Below, piece after piece: positions 1 to 3,487 of a stretch of DNA of 3,487 bases; within the stretch, counting starts at the first letter, position 1, and each line of letters begins with the position of its first letter. The position numbers and the translations under genes are program-made. This DNA is from Escherichia coli (lineage in GTDB: Bacteria > Pseudomonadota > Gammaproteobacteria > Enterobacterales > Enterobacteriaceae). The DNA lies in NCBI RefSeq assembly GCF_003334315.1, contig NZ_QOWR01000104.1, one strand, 5' to 3'. The notes under the pieces are model-generated. The model was not told the DNA's origin. It did no database searches and saw nothing but the letters and a program-made list of their open reading frames with translations.

Positions 1-77
1 CTAGTCTAAAAACTAGTATTAAGACTATCACTAACTTAAGTGATACCAACTGTCTGGAGATTCAGGGGGCCAGTCTA
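1..77 (-). mobile_element. IS2-like (IS3 family) terminal inverted repeat, left end, partial; the element continues beyond the window start
   Basis: The reverse complement of 1..77 reads TAGACTGGCCCCCTGAATCTCCAGACA...TATCACTTAA...GTGATAGTCTTAATACTAGTTTTTAGACTAG. From memory this matches the IS2 end that precedes the insC/orfA start (conserved blocks GGCCCC, CCAGACA, TATCACTTAA, internal TAGACT repeat). A few central bases differ from my recalled copy, so it may be a variant or my recall may be imperfect. The terminal base is at about 77, and the element body lies to the left on the minus strand. Confidence 0.7.
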
Positions 78-490
78 GCTTCATTGATTAACGTCAACCA
101 CTCACCGCTGGCGTAGTTTCGTACGTGAGAGGTATCGCGTAATGCTTCTACCGTCTGTAACCAGATGTCGCGCACTGGGTGACCCGGAGACATTACGTCC
201 ATCACAATCAGCCTACCGCCAGGTTTCAATATCCTATTCACTTCTCGCAGTGCTGCACCAACATCATGCCAGTGATGGGCAGAATAACGGCTGATAACAA
301 TATCAAATGCGTTATCGGCAAATGGCAGACTTTCGGCATATCCCTGGCGGGTGGTGATATTTTTCAGTTGCCGGGCTTCGGCAGCTTGTGCCACGACATC
401 CAGCATGTGGGCAGATAAGTCATACGCCACCACCGCGCTCACGTTTTGCGCAGCGCCAAACGTTGGTCTGCCCTGTGGCAGACCTGACAT
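62..490 (-). CDS. yafE: Class I SAM-dependent methyltransferase (YafE-like), 3'-truncated by the IS2 insertion; likely a pseudogene
   Basis: The 142-aa ORF carries methyltransferase motifs: VVAYDLS (post-I acidic residue), FDIVIS (motif II) and LKPGGRLIV (motif III). The last ~4 codons (RLAP-stop) and the TGA stop at 62..64 are encoded inside the IS2 terminal repeat, so the native C-terminus is missing. My recollection is that intact YafE is about 207 aa. ATG at 488..490. Confidence 0.65.
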   Translation of the reverse strand: MSGLPQGRPTFGAAQNVSAVVAYDLSAHMLDVVAQAAEARQLKNITTRQGYAESLPFADNAFDIVISRYSAHHWHDVGAALREVNRILKPGGRLIVMDVMSPGHPVRDIWLQTVEALRDTSHVRNYASGEWLTLINEARLAP

Positions 491-493
491 ACC

Positions 494-1345
<852 letters not shown>

Positions 1346-1350
1346 CTACT

Positions 1351-1379
1351 GTTATAGGGATTTTAGCTCACTCTTTCAA
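1351..1379 (-). promoter_or_regulatory. Candidate sigma70 promoter for yafD(-yafE): -35 TTGAAA, 17-bp spacer, -10 TATAAC
   Basis: On the minus strand, TTGAAA is the complement of 1374..1379 and TATAAC the complement of 1351..1356, with a 17-nt spacer; each hexamer is a 5/6 match to consensus. The predicted transcription start is near 1343, giving a leader of about 50–70 nt to the yafD start. Confidence 0.35.
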
Positions 1380-1400
1380 CGAGCAATTGTATATTGTTAT

Positions 1401-1416
1401 GTAAGCAAGTGCTTAC
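1401..1416. promoter_or_regulatory. Perfect 16-bp palindrome GTAAGCA-AG-TGCTTAC; candidate transcription-factor operator
   Basis: Seven-bp arms that are exact reverse complements, with a 2-bp spacer. It is centred about 65 bp upstream of the predicted yafD transcription start, a typical position for an activator or LysR-type recognition site. Confidence 0.3.
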
Positions 1417-1464
1417 ACCGGTCAGAATTTTGCTCATTATGGAGAACATTAAATCGCATGACAT

Positions 1465-1479
1465 ATCACGCATCCTGAT
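1465..1479. promoter_or_regulatory. LysR-type box candidate ATC-N9-GAT (T-N11-A motif)
   Basis: ATCACGCATCCTGAT is an interrupted dyad that fits the generic LysR-family T-N11-A / ATC-N9-GAT pattern. It sits about 55 bp upstream of the yafC ATG in the divergent yafC–yafD intergenic region. Confidence 0.3.
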
Positions 1480-1534
1480 GGTTTAATGACAAATAAATTC
1501 AAAATATCTCTTCTATTTTGCAACAGGAGCAAAA

Positions 1535-2449
1535 ATGAAAGCCACGTCGGAAGAACTCGCCATTTTTGTTTCGGTCGTCGAAAGCGGCAGCTTTAGCCGG
1601 GCAGCGGAACAATTAGGGCAAGCAAACTCAGCGGTAAGCCGGGCGGTGAAAAAGCTGGAGATGAAACTTGGCGTTAGCCTGCTTAATCGGACCACGCGAC
1701 AACTTAGCCTGACGGAAGAAGGCGAGCGTTATTTTCGTCGCGTACAGTCAATTTTGCAGGAGATGGCAGCGGCAGAATCAGAAATTATGGAGACGCGTAA
1801 TACACCGCGTGGACTGTTACGGATCGATGCCGCAACTCCAGTGGTGCTGCACTTTCTGATGCCGTTAATTAAGCCTTTCCGTGAACGCTATCCGGAAGTC
1901 ACTTTGTCGCTAGTCTCCTCCGAAACGATTATTAATTTGATCGAAAGAAAAGTGGATGTCGCGATACGCGCTGGTACGTTAACGGATTCCAGCTTACGTG
2001 CCAGGCCGTTATTTAACAGTTATCGAAAAATTATCGCCTCCCCCGATTATATTTCCCGCTACGGGAAGCCAGAAACGATCGACGATTTAAAGCAACATAT
2101 TTGCCTGGGATTCACTGAACCCGCTTCCCTCAATACCTGGCCGATAGCCCGTAGCGATGGACAATTACATGAGGTGAAGTACGGTTTGTCATCCAATAGT
2201 GGGGAAACACTGAAACAGCTTTGCCTGAGTGGCAACGGGATTGCGTGTTTGTCCGACTACATGATCGACAAAGAAATCGCTCGCGGAGAATTGGTGGAGT
2301 TAATGGCAGATAAAGTGTTGCCAGTGGAAATGCCATTCAGTGCCGTCTATTACAGCGACCGTGCGGTAAGTACGCGCATCCGGGCTTTTATCGATTTCCT
2401 TAGCGAGCATGTAAAAACAGCTCCCGGAGGAGCTGTCAGAGAGGCTTAA
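1535..2449 (+). CDS. yafC: LysR-family transcriptional regulator (YafC-like)
   Basis: 304-aa ORF with an N-terminal helix-turn-helix typical of LysR regulators ([23 protein letters not shown]) and a C-terminal co-inducer domain. AGGAG Shine-Dalgarno at 1525..1529, 5 nt before the ATG at 1535. Divergent from yafD. Confidence 0.9.
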
Positions 2450-3249
2450 TCCCATTCAGGAGCCAGACCTTCCGGGCTAACCAGGCGGTCGTTGCAATCC
2501 AGTGCGACGATCGCTTTTTTATCTTCGGCATCAAGCTGTAAATTTTGTGCCTTAAGATTACTTTCCAGGTTTTTACGTTTAGTAGAAGAAGGAATTACTG
2601 AGTAACCTTCCCCCATAGCCCACGCCAGAATCACTTGTGCCGGAGTCGCATTGTGTTTAGCTGCGATACGAGCAATAACCTCATCTTTCAGGGCCTTACC
2701 ATACGCCAGCGTCATATAGGAAGTAATATGGATGCCGTGCTGTTTAGCCCAGGCAACCACTTTACGGTTTTGCAGATAAGGAGAGAGTTCAATCTGGTTA
2801 GTAGCGATGTTTTCAGCACCAACAGCAGCAATCGCTTTTTCCATCAACGGGATCGTGAAGTTGGAAATACCGATCTCACGCGTCAGCCCTTGTTTTTTGG
2901 CTTCCAGCAGCGCCTGCATAAACTCTTCAACAGAGACTTCATCGTTTGGTGACGGCCAGTGGATTAGCGTCAGATCAACATAATCGGTACGCAATTTTTG
3001 CAGGCTCTCTTTCAGACTTGGGATCAATTTGTCTTTGCTGAGATTTTCAATCCAGATTTTAGTGGTGATGTAGAGTTCATGACGTGGCACGCCACTTTCT
3101 GCAATCGCCTGACCTACTGCGGCTTCGTTATCATAGATTTGTGCGGTATCAATTGCGCGATAACCAAGTTCAAGCGCCGTTATCACAGATGAAATAACAA
3201 CGTCGTCTTTCAGACGGAAAGTACCTAAACCAAATGCAGGGATAGCCAT
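2446..3249 (-). CDS. dkgB: Aldo-keto reductase, 2,5-diketo-D-gluconate reductase B-like
   Basis: 267-aa ORF with aldo-keto reductase catalytic residues in the expected context: Asp/Tyr in [10 protein letters not shown], Lys in ITTKIW, His in LIHWP. Shine-Dalgarno AAGAGG about 8 nt upstream of the ATG (complement of 3247..3249). Matches my recollection of E. coli DkgB (YafB). Confidence 0.9.
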
Positions 3250-3288
3250 AATATGCCTCTTTTAATGCTATTTTCGTTAACTGAGGTG

Positions 3289-3317
3289 ATTATGGGCTTC
3301 AGACTGTTGAGGAAAAA
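3289..3317 (-). promoter_or_regulatory. Possible dkgB promoter (-10 CATAAT; weak -35)
   Basis: On the minus strand, CATAAT (complement of 3289..3294) lies about 40 nt upstream of the dkgB ATG. The -35 at a 17-bp spacing (TTTTTC) is poor, so this is tentative. Confidence 0.2.
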
Positions 3318-3371
3318 GAGCGTAAAATGCAGAGGATTTTTGCGATTCTGGCAATAATAGATATACAGACG

Positions 3372-3399
3372 AAAAAAAACCTCGAGCGTTAACTCGAGG
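3372..3399 (-). terminator. Rho-independent terminator downstream of tRNA-Asp (end of the rRNA/tRNA transcription unit)
   Basis: On the minus strand: 7-bp GC-rich stem CCTCGAG / CTCGAGG with a 6-nt loop, followed directly by eight T residues (complement of the A-run at 3372..3379). Confidence 0.75.
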
Positions 3400-3411
3400 C
3401 TTCTTAATAAG

Positions 3412-3487
3412 TGGCGGAACGGACGGGACTCGAACCCGCGACCCCCTGCGTGACAGGCAGGTATTCTAACCGACTGAACTACCGCTC
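3412..3487 (-). tRNA. aspU: tRNA-Asp (anticodon GTC), encoded CCA end; 5'-terminal nucleotide lies just outside the window
   Basis: The reverse complement of 3412..3487 matches the E. coli tRNA-Asp sequence as I recall it, lacking only the first G: GAGCGGTAGTTCAGTCGGTTAGAATACCTGCCTGTCACGCAGGGGGTCGCGGGTTCGAGTCCCGTCCGTTCCGCCA. The anticodon loop CTGTCAC contains GTC. The gene symbol assumes the copy that trails an rRNA operon, as in K-12. Confidence 0.9.

Noticed and set aside
1513-1695. Minus-strand ORF 1513..1695 (60 aa), antisense to the yafC 5' end
   Set aside because: Overlaps the conserved helix-turn-helix coding region of yafC on the opposite strand; no independent start signals.
2130-2336. 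Minus-strand ORF 2130..2336 (68 aa) inside yafC
   Set aside because: Antisense to the yafC co-inducer domain; no support as a gene.
2635-3192. Plus-strand ORFs 2635..2952 and 2998..3192 inside dkgB
   Set aside because: Antisense to the aldo-keto reductase reading frame, which has intact catalytic residues; no start signals.
3380-3410. The hairpin acting as a plus-strand (bidirectional) terminator
   Set aside because: On the plus strand the stem is followed by CTTCTTAATAA, not a U-tract, and no plus-strand gene ends nearby; only the minus-strand reading gives a canonical terminator.

Overview
This window looks like an ordinary enterobacterial (Escherichia/Shigella-type) chromosomal housekeeping locus, not a novel system. 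It matches the dkgB–yafC–yafD–yafE neighbourhood that follows the tRNA-Asp at the end of an rRNA operon, read here in the opposite orientation to the usual E. coli K-12 map. All identifications come from reading the sequence and ORF track and from recalled family knowledge; no database search was run. From right to left: a tRNA-Asp(GTC) on the minus strand, cut by one base at the window edge (3412..3487); an intrinsic terminator hairpin with a T-tract (3372..3399, minus); dkgB, an aldo-keto reductase (2446..3249, minus); yafC, a LysR-type regulator (1535..2449, plus), whose stop codon overlaps the dkgB stop; a 240-bp divergent intergenic region with a good sigma70 promoter candidate for yafD and two dyad-symmetric candidate operator sites; yafD, an endonuclease/exonuclease/phosphatase-family protein (494..1294, minus); and yafE, a class I SAM-methyltransferase (62..490, minus). 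The one clearly non-core feature is at the left edge: positions 1..77 match the terminal inverted repeat of IS2 (IS3 family), which has inserted into the 3' part of yafE and truncated it. I see no CRISPR array, toxin–antitoxin pair or defence-type gene.
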